The position numbers were made by a program, and so were the translations under genes. A stretch of 64,000 nt of DNA from Candidatus Multivoradales bacterium. Its GTDB lineage: Bacteria > Acidobacteriota > Thermoanaerobaculia > Multivoradales > J023. The stretch's first letter is position 1, and the number at the start of each line of letters is the position of its first letter. The notes under the pieces are model-generated. The model had not been told where the DNA came from. It ran no database searches and was given only the letters and a program-made list of their open reading frames with translations. Location: NCBI GenBank assembly GCA_965248925.1, contig CBDFLE010000006.1:1568001-1632000 (forward strand), given 5' to 3'. Positions 32,963-42,324 of the stretch are shown piece after piece.

Positions 32963-33679
32963 ATGACCGCAAACAACAACCAACTTGAAGGACAACGCGC
33001 CCTGGTCACCGGCGGCAGCACCGGTATCGGCCGAGCCATCGCCGAAGCCTTGCTGCGCCAAGGTGCGACGGTGGTGGTGAACTCACGCAATGAAGAGCGT
33101 CTGGCGAAAACCGCCAGCGAACTGGGTTGCCATCATGTTGCTGGCGATGTCGGATCAGAAACCGACGCCCGGCAGATCGTCGCCAGAGCAGTCGAGATCC
33201 TCGGTGGCCTCGACATCCTGATCAACAATGCCGGCTTTGGCACCTTCGCGCCGCTGATAGAGACCGAGCTGGCGGACCTGGAAGCGGTGCTGCGCACCAA
33301 TGTCATCGGCGCCTTTTTGATCGGTCGCGAGTCGGCGCGTCACTTCGTCGACCAAGGCTCGGGAGCGATCGTCAACATCGCCTCCACCGCCGCCACCAAA
33401 GGGTTTCAAGGAGGCACCGTCTACACCGCCTCCAAATTCGCCCTGCGCGGCATGACTGAATGTTGGCGCGAGGAGCTGCGCCGCCACGACGTGCGGGTGC
33501 TGCTGATCAACCCCAGCGAGGTGATCACCGAGTTCGCCCAGGTCGCTGGCTACGAGCAAGAGACCAGCGACAAAAAACTACGGCCCGAAGACATCGGTGA
33601 AGCCGTGGTGGCGGTGCTGGCGATGAACCCGCGAGGCTTCATTCCTGAGCTCAGCGTGTTCGCCACTAATCCGTTCTGA
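32963..33679 (+). CDS. Short-chain dehydrogenase/reductase
   Basis: VTGGSTGIG, NNAG, YTASK. Confidence 0.95.
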   Translation: MTANNNQLEGQRALVTGGSTGIGRAIAEALLRQGATVVVNSRNEERLAKTASELGCHHVAGDVGSETDARQIVARAVEILGGLDILINNAGFGTFAPLIETELADLEAVLRTNVIGAFLIGRESARHFVDQGSGAIVNIASTAATKGFQGGTVYTASKFALRGMTECWREELRRHDVRVLLINPSEVITEFAQVAGYEQETSDKKLRPEDIGEAVVAVLAMNPRGFIPELSVFATNPF

Positions 33680-33701
33680 GCGATGCTCATTGAATGGTAC
33701 A

Positions 33702-33733
33702 CTTGTTGTGCGCTGAGCAATGCGCACAACAAG
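33702..33733. promoter_or_regulatory. Perfect 12-bp inverted repeat, probable antitoxin operator
   Basis: CTTGTTGTGCGC-N8-GCGCACAACAAG overlapping the AAGGAG RBS. Confidence 0.7.
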
Positions 33734-33742
33734 GAGCCCCAG

Positions 33743-34000
33743 ATGCCACGCATGAACGTCTCCCTACCGGAACCCTGTTTGAAAGCGCTGCGCGAGCAGG
33801 TACCCAACCGACAGGGTAGCCGCTTCGTTGCCGAGGCTGTGCAAGAGAAACTTGACCGGTTTCGGCAAAAGCTAGCGGTACGCGCAGCCGCGAATAGCTG
33901 GAGCAACGAGGGGCGTGGCGATGTGGGAACAGAGGTTCGCGCCTTGCGCCGAGGGTGGCACGAAGCCCGTCGTTCGAGAACCAACCCAGCCGGGGATTGA
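33743..34000 (+). CDS. RHH/CopG-type antitoxin
   Basis: MPRMNVSLPE...SRFVAEAVQEKL; RBS AAGGAG; precedes a PIN gene. Confidence 0.8.
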   Translation: MPRMNVSLPEPCLKALREQVPNRQGSRFVAEAVQEKLDRFRQKLAVRAAANSWSNEGRGDVGTEVRALRRGWHEARRSRTNPAGD

Positions 34001-34001
34001 A

Positions 34002-34360
34002 ATGCCGGTCGACGCTATTCTCGATACGGATGTGGTGATCTAGCACCTCCGTGGCCATCCATCCATCGTCGAGCAAGTCACAGAACTCGCCGGGCACGCT
34101 AACACTCGGAGTGTCGGCAATTACCCGCGCCGAAGTCATCCTCGGAATGCGAGATTCTGAGAGAGCATCCACCTTCGAACTGCTGGACTCGCTCCGCAAG
34201 TTGACGGTAGACGCTTCAATCGCCGACCGAGCGGGTGAGATCATCCGTGATTTCCGCCGCCGCGGTATCACTCTGCACCTACCCGATGCCTTGATTGGCG
34301 CCACCGCAATTCTCGCCTCTGCGCCCCTGCTCACCGGCAACGCCCGCCACTATCCAAGCC
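34002..34360 (+). pseudogene. vapC: VapC PIN toxin pseudogene
   Basis: MPVDAILDTDVVI*HLRG (TAG at 34041), frameshift near 34100 into LGVSAITRAEV...DALIGATA...LLTGNARHYP. Confidence 0.88.
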
Positions 34361-34447
34361 CAGATCGAGCTGAGAGAACTCGCCATCTAGTGCAGCGCGT
34401 TCCACAGCTGGCTCTACGATTTCGAGACCCGGCAGAAGAAGTGTCTG

Positions 34448-34477
34448 GCACCTCCTCCGGCAGCACCTCCTCCGGCA
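34448..34477. repeat. 15-bp tandem duplication (GCACCTCCTCCGGCA x2)
   Basis: Directly visible. Confidence 0.7.
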
Positions 34478-34545
34478 GTGACGTCACGCCGCGGGATACC
34501 TTCGATCATCGCGGCCTCGCAGGAAGAAATAGGTTGAAGAACAAG

Positions 34546-34577
34546 TGATCAGATTCGGGGTTCATTCTCGCCTCTTC
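34546..34577 (+). promoter_or_regulatory. Candidate ECF-type promoter TGATCAGATTC-N15-CTCTTC (copy 2)
   Basis: Same boxes and spacing as 7258-7289; about 100 nt upstream of ATG 34675. Confidence 0.5.
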
Positions 34578-34674
34578 TACCTAGAAGGCGTTCGAGCCGC
34601 CTTGGAAGTTACAACACGGTGCGGGCAAATTGACTGCCCTTTTCACCAATACGTCCCAGATGAGGTCTTCGGCA

Positions 34675-36110
34675 ATGCGTTCTGAACTCTTGAAAATTCT
34701 GACTCTCACCGGTTGCATTCTATCCTTGTCGTCGCCGACCCGCGCTGCTGACGACATCTTTATCGTGCCTCAGCCAACAGGGTCCTTGCCTGTCTCTTTC
34801 GAGATTCAAGATCCGGAGTTTTGAGCAACGACGGCCAAGGTGCCGAGGTCGTATCCTTCACCACCACCAGCCGCGGCACCCTGGAGCGAGGTGGAAGCGG
34901 ATTCGTCTACCACCCGGAGGCCGAGTTCTGGAGCAAGGGAACGGACTTCTTCAGTTACAGATTCGATCAGCTGCCGGAGGAATCGGCGATCGTTTTTCTT
35001 CTGGCCGATCCACTGTCGGAGCCGACGATGGTGATTGATCTGGAGCTGGAGCTGGAGCTACCCATCCGGCTCACCGCCCGCCAGGGCACCCTGGCCGCCC
35101 AGGGCAACGTCGACCGTCTCGGCTTGGGAACGGAGGCCGAAAGTTCCTTCGTCTCGGCTATGCTCCGCAAACCGGTCAAGCCTGCCGGCAACAAGGTCAC
35201 GACCGGTCTCAATCCCGGCCAAATGACTCTCATCAACGGTGAGGAGGTCACCTTCGCCAGCATCGGCCAACTAGATTTGGTGGTCGGCTTCGACGGCACT
35301 TCTTACTCGCTCAAAGCCCGGCGTAGCTCCACTGGCGAAACCCCCATTTCAACCCTCTTGCAGCAGAGTCCACAGTCGGTCGCTGCTCGCTGGTGGAGTT
35401 CGGGCGCAACAGCGGACCGCGATCGCGGACTCATCTTGCAGGTCGGTAACCGAGTCGCTGCCAGCCTGCCCGACGCCAAGCGCTTCGATGACCCTTCGCC
35501 GACCATCGAGCTGCGCTTCGGGGCACTGAGCCTAGGGCCAGGCGCTTCGGGGCTCCTCGCCTTGGACGGCATCGAGGCTTGGATCGAGCCGGCGAGTTCG
35601 CCACACCTGCTGCCAATATTCGCCGACGGCGTCGAGAGAGCTGGTCTCGACGCCTGGGCTGCCACCACTGGCAACCTCGCGGTCACCGGTCTAGCAGCGA
35701 TCAGCGGCAACCTGGGAATCGACGTTGCCGGCCCCTTCCCAGCCTACCTGGAAGCCCCTTCGGTGGGCGGTCTGCCCCGTTACCGTGCCCGTTTCAGCTT
35801 CGATCCGGCCCAGCTCAGTTGGACGGCTGGCGATGCAACCACCATTTTGGAGGGCATCGATGAGCACAGCTCAGAGACCCTCTTCATCGTCGAGCTACGT
35901 TGGTGGTCAGCCGACGACACCAGCAGCGATGACGGCGGCTTGAGAGTCTGGCTCGACGATGGCTCCGGCGGCGGCAATCAACTGATCGGCGAGGTTTCGA
36001 ATCTGGCCAACAGCTCGCAAGACCTCGGCGAAGTGCGCTTTGGCGCCATCGATCCCCAAGGCACGGCTGACGGTCCACTGTACCTCGACGACCTCGAGTC
36101 TTGGCACTAG
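34675..36110 (+). pseudogene. Frameshifted exported protein with an Ig/cadherin-like domain and beta-rich C-terminal domains
   Basis: Signal peptide and AADD in the first frame; adding one base near 34815 gives DPGVLSND...G.FVYHP...GTDFFSY; IFADGVE motif later. Confidence 0.7.
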
Positions 36111-36130
36111 CCGCGGCGCGGCAGGGGCTC

Positions 36131-36158
36131 TTGACAGCCAGTAGATCCCAAATATAAT
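36131..36158 (+). promoter_or_regulatory. Consensus sigma-70 promoter of the aib operon
   Basis: TTGACA-N16-TATAAT. Confidence 0.85.
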
Positions 36159-36279
36159 GCCGCTTGCTCGATACCAAACGAACGGTCGGTCTGTTTTCTA
36201 CTACCCGTCGAGGCCCTCCCATGAATCTACCCGGCAGAATTCAGCAGCAAAGTGCCGCGGCGAGCACCCGGAGATCGCC

Positions 36280-37107
36280 GTGAGTCGGGCCACCTGGGTC
36301 AGTCTCGAACAGGCTGTGCGCACCATCAGCGATGGCAGCAGCCTGGCGATCGGCGGCTTCATGCTGGGCAGCGCGCCAATGGCGCTGATCTTCGAGTTGG
36401 TGCGGCAAGACCGCCGTGATCTGCATGTATTGTCGTTGCCCAACCCGCTGCCGGTGGAAATCCTGGTAGCGGCAACAGCGGCACGCAAGGTGGAGTTCCT
36501 ATTCACCGCGATCAACGTCGCCGGCCGGGTCTACCCGATGCCGAGCCTCAAGCGAGCGATCGAGCAAGGCACCATCGAATGGGCCGAGCACGATGGCTAT
36601 CGCTTGGTCCAGCGATTGCGCGCCGCCGCCCTGGGCCTGCCATTTCTGCCCGTTCCCGACTTCGGTGGCACCGACCTGGCGCAACGCGACCCGCTGCCCG
36701 AAGTCGAGGATCCATTCACCGGCGAGAAGGTGCCGGTGGAGCAGGCTTTCTACCCCGACGTGGCGCTGATCCACGCTCAGGCGGCTGATGGCGAAGGCAA
36801 TTTGTGGATCGATGATCCGGCGACCGAACGTTTGCTAGCGGGCGCCGCCCAGCGAGTCATAGCCACCGTCGAACAACGCCTGGAACGCTTGCCGGGAGTC
36901 GCCACGGTGCCGGGGTTGATGGTCGACTTGGTGGTCGAAGAACCCCGTGGCGCTTTTCCCACCGGCTGCCTGGGCCACTACCAAGCCGACGACCCGCACC
37001 TACTGCACTATCTGAAACTGGCCAAGGCAGGAGAGCAGCAACGCTACATCGACCGAGTGATCCGCCCTTCGACTCACCAGATCGATCTGGTCGGGGAGGC
37101 GGCTTGA
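36280..37107 (+). CDS. aibA: CoA-transferase-like subunit A, AibA-like (3-methylglutaconyl-CoA decarboxylase)
   Basis: GGFMLGSAPMAL, SLPNPLP, EHDGYRLVQRLRAA, EDPFTG, AFYPDVAL match M. xanthus AibA as I recall it; GTG after GGAG. Confidence 0.8.
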   Translation: MSRATWVSLEQAVRTISDGSSLAIGGFMLGSAPMALIFELVRQDRRDLHVLSLPNPLPVEILVAATAARKVEFLFTAINVAGRVYPMPSLKRAIEQGTIEWAEHDGYRLVQRLRAAALGLPFLPVPDFGGTDLAQRDPLPEVEDPFTGEKVPVEQAFYPDVALIHAQAADGEGNLWIDDPATERLLAGAAQRVIATVEQRLERLPGVATVPGLMVDLVVEEPRGAFPTGCLGHYQADDPHLLHYLKLAKAGEQQRYIDRVIRPSTHQIDLVGEAA

Positions 37108-37847
37108 GCGATTCTGACCACACCGCCGCCAGCCGTGCCGAGACCCTGGTGGCGGCGATGGCCCGACGACTCGAAGATGGCTCGGTGGTGGCCACCGGGG
37201 TAGCTTCCTCGCTACCTATCCTGGCCATCGCGGTGGCGCGGGCTACTCATGCACCACGCCTGACTTACCTGGCCAGTGTAGGTGCGATCGACCCGGACAT
37301 CGATCGGCTGCGGCTGGGTTCCGAAGACCTGGCTTACCTCGACGGTCGGCGCGGCGAGTTGACCATTCCCGATCTCTTCGACCACGCCCGGCGCGGACGC
37401 ATCGACGTGATGTTCTTCGGCGCCGCCGAGGTCGATGGCCGCGGCAACACTAACCTCACCGCCATCGGCCCACTCGAAGCGCCGCGCTACAAGCTGCCCG
37501 GCGTGGCCGGCGCCGGCACGCTGCGCCGCTGGGTCAAGCGGCCGGTGCTGCTGGTAACCCGCCAGAGTCGCCGCAGTCTGGTGTCCAAGGTGCAAGTGAT
37601 CTCGACCAGCGACGCCAGCCGCCCGACGCCATTGATGACCAATCTCGGCACTTTCGAACTCGGCCCGGCGGGCGCCCTCCTAGTGCAGCGCTACCCCTGG
37701 GCCGAGGTGGCCGAGATCGAGGCCGCCACCGGCTTCGAATTTCACTCCAACGAGCCGGTGGGGCTAGCCCCCGAGCCGTCCGCCGAGCATTTGCGGGCAA
37801 TCCGCGCCATCGACCCCGACGGGCTGCGTGAGAGCCTGGTCGCTTGA
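37104..37847 (+). CDS. aibB: CoA-transferase-like subunit B, AibB-like
   Basis: VVATGVAS, VARATHAP, SEDLAYLDGR, TIPDLFDHARRGR, PGVAGA; no canonical catalytic Glu after the TYLA strand. Confidence 0.8.
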   Translation: MSDSDHTAASRAETLVAAMARRLEDGSVVATGVASSLPILAIAVARATHAPRLTYLASVGAIDPDIDRLRLGSEDLAYLDGRRGELTIPDLFDHARRGRIDVMFFGAAEVDGRGNTNLTAIGPLEAPRYKLPGVAGAGTLRRWVKRPVLLVTRQSRRSLVSKVQVISTSDASRPTPLMTNLGTFELGPAGALLVQRYPWAEVAEIEAATGFEFHSNEPVGLAPEPSAEHLRAIRAIDPDGLRESLVA

Positions 37848-37869
37848 CCGAAACACAGGAGAGATTGCC

Positions 37870-38904
37870 ATGCAAGCCGTTGTGCTGAGAGCTTTCGGAG
37901 GTCCTGAAGGACTGAGTCTGGAGACCGTGCCCGACCCCAGTCCGGGGGCCGGTGAAGTGCTGCTGCAGGTCCGCGCTTGCGGCGTCTGCTTCCACGACGT
38001 GATCAACCGGCGCGGCAATTTGCCCCGCACCTCGGTGCCGGCAATCCTCGGCCACGAGGCCGCGGGCGAGGTGGTGGCGGTCGGCGAAGGGGTCAAAGGC
38101 TGGGCAGTGGGCGATCGGGCGGCCACTCTGCAACGCCTGTCCTGTGGCAGCTGCGCCCGCTGCCATAGTCGGCGGGCCAGCCTGTGCAAGGTCGACCGCC
38201 GATTCTTTGGCGAAGAGATTCCCGGCGGCTACGCTGAGTTCATGACCGCGCCGGTCGCCGGTATTGGCAAGATTCCCGACGATGTTCTCTGGCCAGTCGC
38301 CGCCACCGCCTGTTGCACCACCGGCACGGCGGTGCATGTGGTGCGCAGCCGCGGCCGGGTGCAGGCCGGTGAGACGGTGGTAATCACCGGTGCCAGCGGC
38401 GGGGTCGGCATCCAGGCGGTGCAACTGGCCCGGCTCGATGGCGCAAGGGTGATCGCGGTGACCTCGGGAGAGCAGAAAGTCGCGGCCCTGGAGCAAGCCG
38501 GCGCCCACGATGTCATCGTCGCCTCCGACTTGTTGTTTTCCAAACAGGTACAGCAGCTGACCGATGGCGAAGGCGCTGACCTGGTGTTGGAGATCGTCGG
38601 CAGCGCCACTTTCGAGCAGAGCATGCGCTGCCTGGCCCCAGGCGGCCGCCTGGTGGTGGTGGGTAATTTGGAGAGCGGTCTGGTCGAGATCAATCCCGGC
38701 CTGGTGATTGTCAAAGAGTTGGAAATCATCGGCGCCTACGCCACCACTCAGAACGAGCTACGCCAAGCCCTAGCATTGCTCGAGAGCAAGGCCGTGAAAC
38801 CCTGGATTGCAGAGGTTCTGCCGCTCGCCGAGGCGGCGCGCGCCCATCAATTGCTCGAAGACCGCGCCGTTGCCGGGCGCCTGGTGCTGGCACCACGCCA
38901 CTGA
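37870..38904 (+). CDS. aibC: Zn-dependent MDR reductase, AibC-like (dimethylacrylyl-CoA reductase)
   Basis: CGVCFHDVINRRGNLPRTSVPAILGHE, CxxCxxCx7C, CCTTGTAVH, GASGGVG. Confidence 0.82.
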   Translation: MQAVVLRAFGGPEGLSLETVPDPSPGAGEVLLQVRACGVCFHDVINRRGNLPRTSVPAILGHEAAGEVVAVGEGVKGWAVGDRAATLQRLSCGSCARCHSRRASLCKVDRRFFGEEIPGGYAEFMTAPVAGIGKIPDDVLWPVAATACCTTGTAVHVVRSRGRVQAGETVVITGASGGVGIQAVQLARLDGARVIAVTSGEQKVAALEQAGAHDVIVASDLLFSKQVQQLTDGEGADLVLEIVGSATFEQSMRCLAPGGRLVVVGNLESGLVEINPGLVIVKELEIIGAYATTQNELRQALALLESKAVKPWIAEVLPLAEAARAHQLLEDRAVAGRLVLAPRH

Positions 38905-38920
38905 GGCCAGCGGCAACGAC

Positions 38921-40249
38921 TCATCCACGGGTCTCGCGCTGCTCCCCGGATAGCGGCTGCAAGAGAGGCCCCAGACTGGCCAACCGCGCCTCCAGGAAAC
39001 GACGCTCGGGAGCGCTGCAGGTACAGGCCAAAGCCTGCCGATAGCTAGCCGCCGCCCCTTGCCGGTTGCCGATCTCGGCCAACAGCTCGCCGCGGGTCGC
39101 ACCCAGCAGGTAGTAGCCGGCCACTGCCGGACGGCTCTCGATCTGCGCTAGCGCTCCAAGCCCCGCCCGCGGTCCCAACGCCCGCGCTACCGCCACCGCT
39201 CGATTGAGCGCCACCACGGCGCTGGGATTGAGCGCGAAGAGTTGATCGTAGAGTTCCAGGATCGACCGCCAGTCGGTAGTCTCGGGAGAGGCCGCCATGG
39301 CGTGGTAGGAAGCGATCGCCGCTTGCAGATGGTAAACCCCCTGCTGCCGGCCGCTGGCCGCTTGGCTCAGATGACCGAAAGCCCGACGCAACAGGCCGCG
39401 GTCCCAGCGCGAGCGATCTTGATCTTCCAACCGCACCAGATCCCCGGCGGCGTCTAGCCGGACTGGCAAGCGCGAAGCCTGGAAGGCCAACAGAGCCGCC
39501 AGAGCATGGCTCGCCGGCCGCATGGTCAGTTTCAGGCAGGCCAGTTGCTCGGCCAAGTGCAGGGCCTCGCAGCAAAGCTCGGTCCGTACCAAGTGCTCGC
39601 CATGGTGGGCTGAATAACCCTCGTTGAACATCAAATAGACCACCTCGAGAACCGTCTCGAGACGCTCCGGCAATGCCTCACCCGTGGGCATTTCTAGGGT
39701 CAAGCGGCGAGCCGTGATCAGCCGCTTAGCCCGCACCAGGCGCTGCGCCAAAGTTGCTGGAGGGAGCAGAAAAGCACCAGCAATCTCGGCGACACTGAAA
39801 CCAGCTACTACTTTCAGGGTCAACGCAACTCGTGAATCCCGTGGCAACTCTGGGTGGCAGCAGAGGAAGATCAGGCGCAGTTGGTCGTCACTCAGCTCCC
39901 CCCCGAGGCGCACCTCGGCCGCGCTAGCAGAGCCGGGCACAGCCACCAGGCGAAGGCGTAGTTCGGCTTCTTTGCCGCGCAATCGGATGTCGCGACGCAG
40001 CCGATCAAGGGCTAGGTTGCGGGCCACCCGGTAGAGCCAGGCGACGGGGCGTTCAGGAATACCGCTAAAGGGCCACCGCCGCAAGGCTTGCAACATCGCC
40101 TCTTGGACGACTTCTTCAGCCAGACCAAGGTGAGCCGAGCCAAACGAACGGCTCAGCAAAGCCACCAAGCGACTCGCCTGGCGTCTGAACAGGTGATCGA
40201 CGAGGCCATGCACTTCGCCGCCTCGCCCTGGCTCTGCTTTCTCGTCCAT
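38921..40249 (-). CDS. ECF42-type sigma factor with C-terminal TPR extension
   Basis: AEEVVQEA, DDQLRLIFLCCHPEL, AQRLVRAK, YHLQAAIA, VVALNRAVA. Confidence 0.92.
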   Translation of the reverse strand: MDEKAEPGRGGEVHGLVDHLFRRQASRLVALLSRSFGSAHLGLAEEVVQEAMLQALRRWPFSGIPERPVAWLYRVARNLALDRLRRDIRLRGKEAELRLRLVAVPGSASAAEVRLGGELSDDQLRLIFLCCHPELPRDSRVALTLKVVAGFSVAEIAGAFLLPPATLAQRLVRAKRLITARRLTLEMPTGEALPERLETVLEVVYLMFNEGYSAHHGEHLVRTELCCEALHLAEQLACLKLTMRPASHALAALLAFQASRLPVRLDAAGDLVRLEDQDRSRWDRGLLRRAFGHLSQAASGRQQGVYHLQAAIASYHAMAASPETTDWRSILELYDQLFALNPSAVVALNRAVAVARALGPRAGLGALAQIESRPAVAGYYLLGATRGELLAEIGNRQGAAASYRQALACTCSAPERRFLEARLASLGPLLQPLSGEQRETRG

Positions 40250-40264
40250 CGGCTCGACCTTCGT

Positions 40265-40618
40265 TCAGTCCATCTCTTCGATGCGGCGAATCTCGATTCT
40301 ACCGCCATACTCCAAGTGTGGGCAGCTGCGGGCGATCTCCACCGCCTGGTCGTAGCTTTCGGCGGCGAGTTGGAAGAAGCCGCCCACCACCTCCTTGGTC
40401 TCGCTGTACGGCCCATCGAGTAAACGCTCACGGCCGTCTTGGCGGACGATCACCCGGCCTTCGCCGTCGGCCAGCTTCTCGCCACCGAGCAGCTGACCCG
40501 CCTCCTGCAATCCGTCCGCCCAGGCTCGATAGCTCTCGACCACTTGCTGCATCTGCTCCGGGCTGAGGTCCCCGAGACCGTCCGGATCTTCACGCAGTAG
40601 AAAAATGTAACTCGGCAT
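40265..40618 (-). CDS. YciI/DGPF-family protein
   Basis: LDGPYSETKEVVGGF, IEIRRI. Confidence 0.92.
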   Translation of the reverse strand: MPSYIFLLREDPDGLGDLSPEQMQQVVESYRAWADGLQEAGQLLGGEKLADGEGRVIVRQDGRERLLDGPYSETKEVVGGFFQLAAESYDQAVEIARSCPHLEYGGRIEIRRIEEMD

Positions 40619-40706
40619 AGAAACCTCCTAGGGATGTCGGCGCGGCATGACCACAGCCAACAGGTTGGTTTTTCGTGGCGCCCAAATGATGAGCATTCGA
40701 TGAGAT

Positions 40707-40733
40707 GACGAACGAGATGAGAAGATATCGACA
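40707..40733 (-). promoter_or_regulatory. ECF42-type promoter
   Basis: TGTCGA-N17-CGTC upstream of the DGPF gene, matching the described ECF42 consensus. Confidence 0.75.
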
Positions 40734-40894
40734 CTGGCGACAAAATTTCCAACTTCGCAGACCACCATTGACCTTCCAACGGCCACCGCTGACCAATGCC
40801 GGTGAGTCAACGGCGGGGGTTTGCGTAGCTAACCACAGCAATCGTCGAACTCGCCTACCACCGCCCTGACCAATGGCACCACCTGGAGGCCCCA

Positions 40895-42232
40895 TTGTCG
40901 ACAACACTCCAACTCACCGGCGCCCACAAGCGCTTCGGCTCAACCCAAGCCCTGGATGGCGCCGATCTAGAGCTGCACGCCAGCGAATGGCTGGCTCTGC
41001 TAGGTCCCAACGGCGCCGGCAAGACCACCCTGGTGCGCGCCATCGCCGGCAGGGTAAGGCTCGATCAGGGCAGCTTGATCCTCTTCGGTCAGACCCTCAC
41101 CGCCACCAACCTCGAGGCCCGCCGCCAGCGTGCTCCACCGACCGGAGGTGGTGTTGCTCGACGAACCCACCGTCGGTGTCGATCCACAGAGTCGCGAGCG
41201 CATCTGGCAAATGCTCGACGGCCTGCGCCAGCAAGGCACCGCCCTGCTGCTCACCACCCATCAGCTGGACGAAGCCCAGCAAGTGGCCGATCGCATCGTC
41301 ATCCTCGACCACGGCCGCACGGTGGCTGCCGGCACCTTCGACGAGTTGGTGCGCGCCACCATCGGCCAGAGACGACGACCCCAACCCAGCGCCCTACGAC
41401 CTGGAGACCGCCCAACGCTTGGTGCGCGGTAGCCGCTACCCTGCGGCGGTGATCCTGCCAGCCGGTTTCGGCGCCAGCTTTGGCGACTTCACCACCACCG
41501 GTGAACCGGTGCAGCGACTCGCCTTTCGCTCAGGGCATCGTCCCGGTACAAGCGATCGACGTGCATTCCCTCGACCAGAACTCCAAACCGAACCGCCCCA
41601 AACGCTCGATGGTGGCCTACTATGCCGCCGGCATCAGTGTCATGTTCCTGCTCTTCTCGATGAGCGGCGCCGCGGGCTCGCTGCTCGACGAAGAGGAGTC
41701 CGGAGTGCTCGAACGGCTGCTCTCGACCCGCGCCTCGATGACCTCTCTGCTGGCTGGCAAATGGCTTTTCTACGGCCTGATGGGCTACTCCCAAGTGCTG
41801 CTGATGTTCGGCTGGGGAGCGCTGTTCTTCGGCCTCGACTTGAGCACCCCTAGACGCCTGGTCGGCCTGTTGGTGATGGCCCTCTTCACCTCTCTGGCGG
41901 CGTCGGGTTTCGGCTTGGTGCTGGCGACAGTCTGCCTCACCCGCGGACAGCTGAGCGGCGCCTCGACGGTGGCAATCTTGCTCATGTCGGCGATTGGCGG
42001 CAGCATGTTTCCTCGCTTCATGATGCCCGAGCTGATGAACAAGGCGGCACTCTTGACTTTCAACGGCTGGGCTCTCGATGGCTTTCTGAAGATCTTCTGG
42101 TACGACGATCCGGCGGTTGGCCTGAGCGGCGCGTTGCTCGACCTGCTACCCCAGTTAGCCGTGCTGGCGGCGATGACGGTGGGCTTCGTCGCCCTCGCCC
42201 GCCACTTGGCGCGGCGCTGGGAAGCAGTCTGA
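40895..42232 (+). pseudogene. Collapsed ABC-2 exporter operon (ATPase and permease fragments)
   Basis: Walker A GPNGAGKT jumps near 41129 to LLDEPT in another frame with the signature motif missing; further jumps near 41370 and 41512 into a permease C-half (YYAAGISVMFLLF...GGSMFP). Confidence 0.85.
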
Positions 42233-42324
42233 GTTCAGCTGCCACAACACTCTCGTACCGCCTCCGCGGTTGTGATTGAATCCTAGTCGTAATCCGACCA
42301 CGCCCGACCGCGGAGAAGACCCCC

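Noticed and set aside
34041-34043. TAG read-through or recoding in vapC
   Set aside because: A second lesion (frameshift) follows, and TAG serves as a normal stop elsewhere in the window
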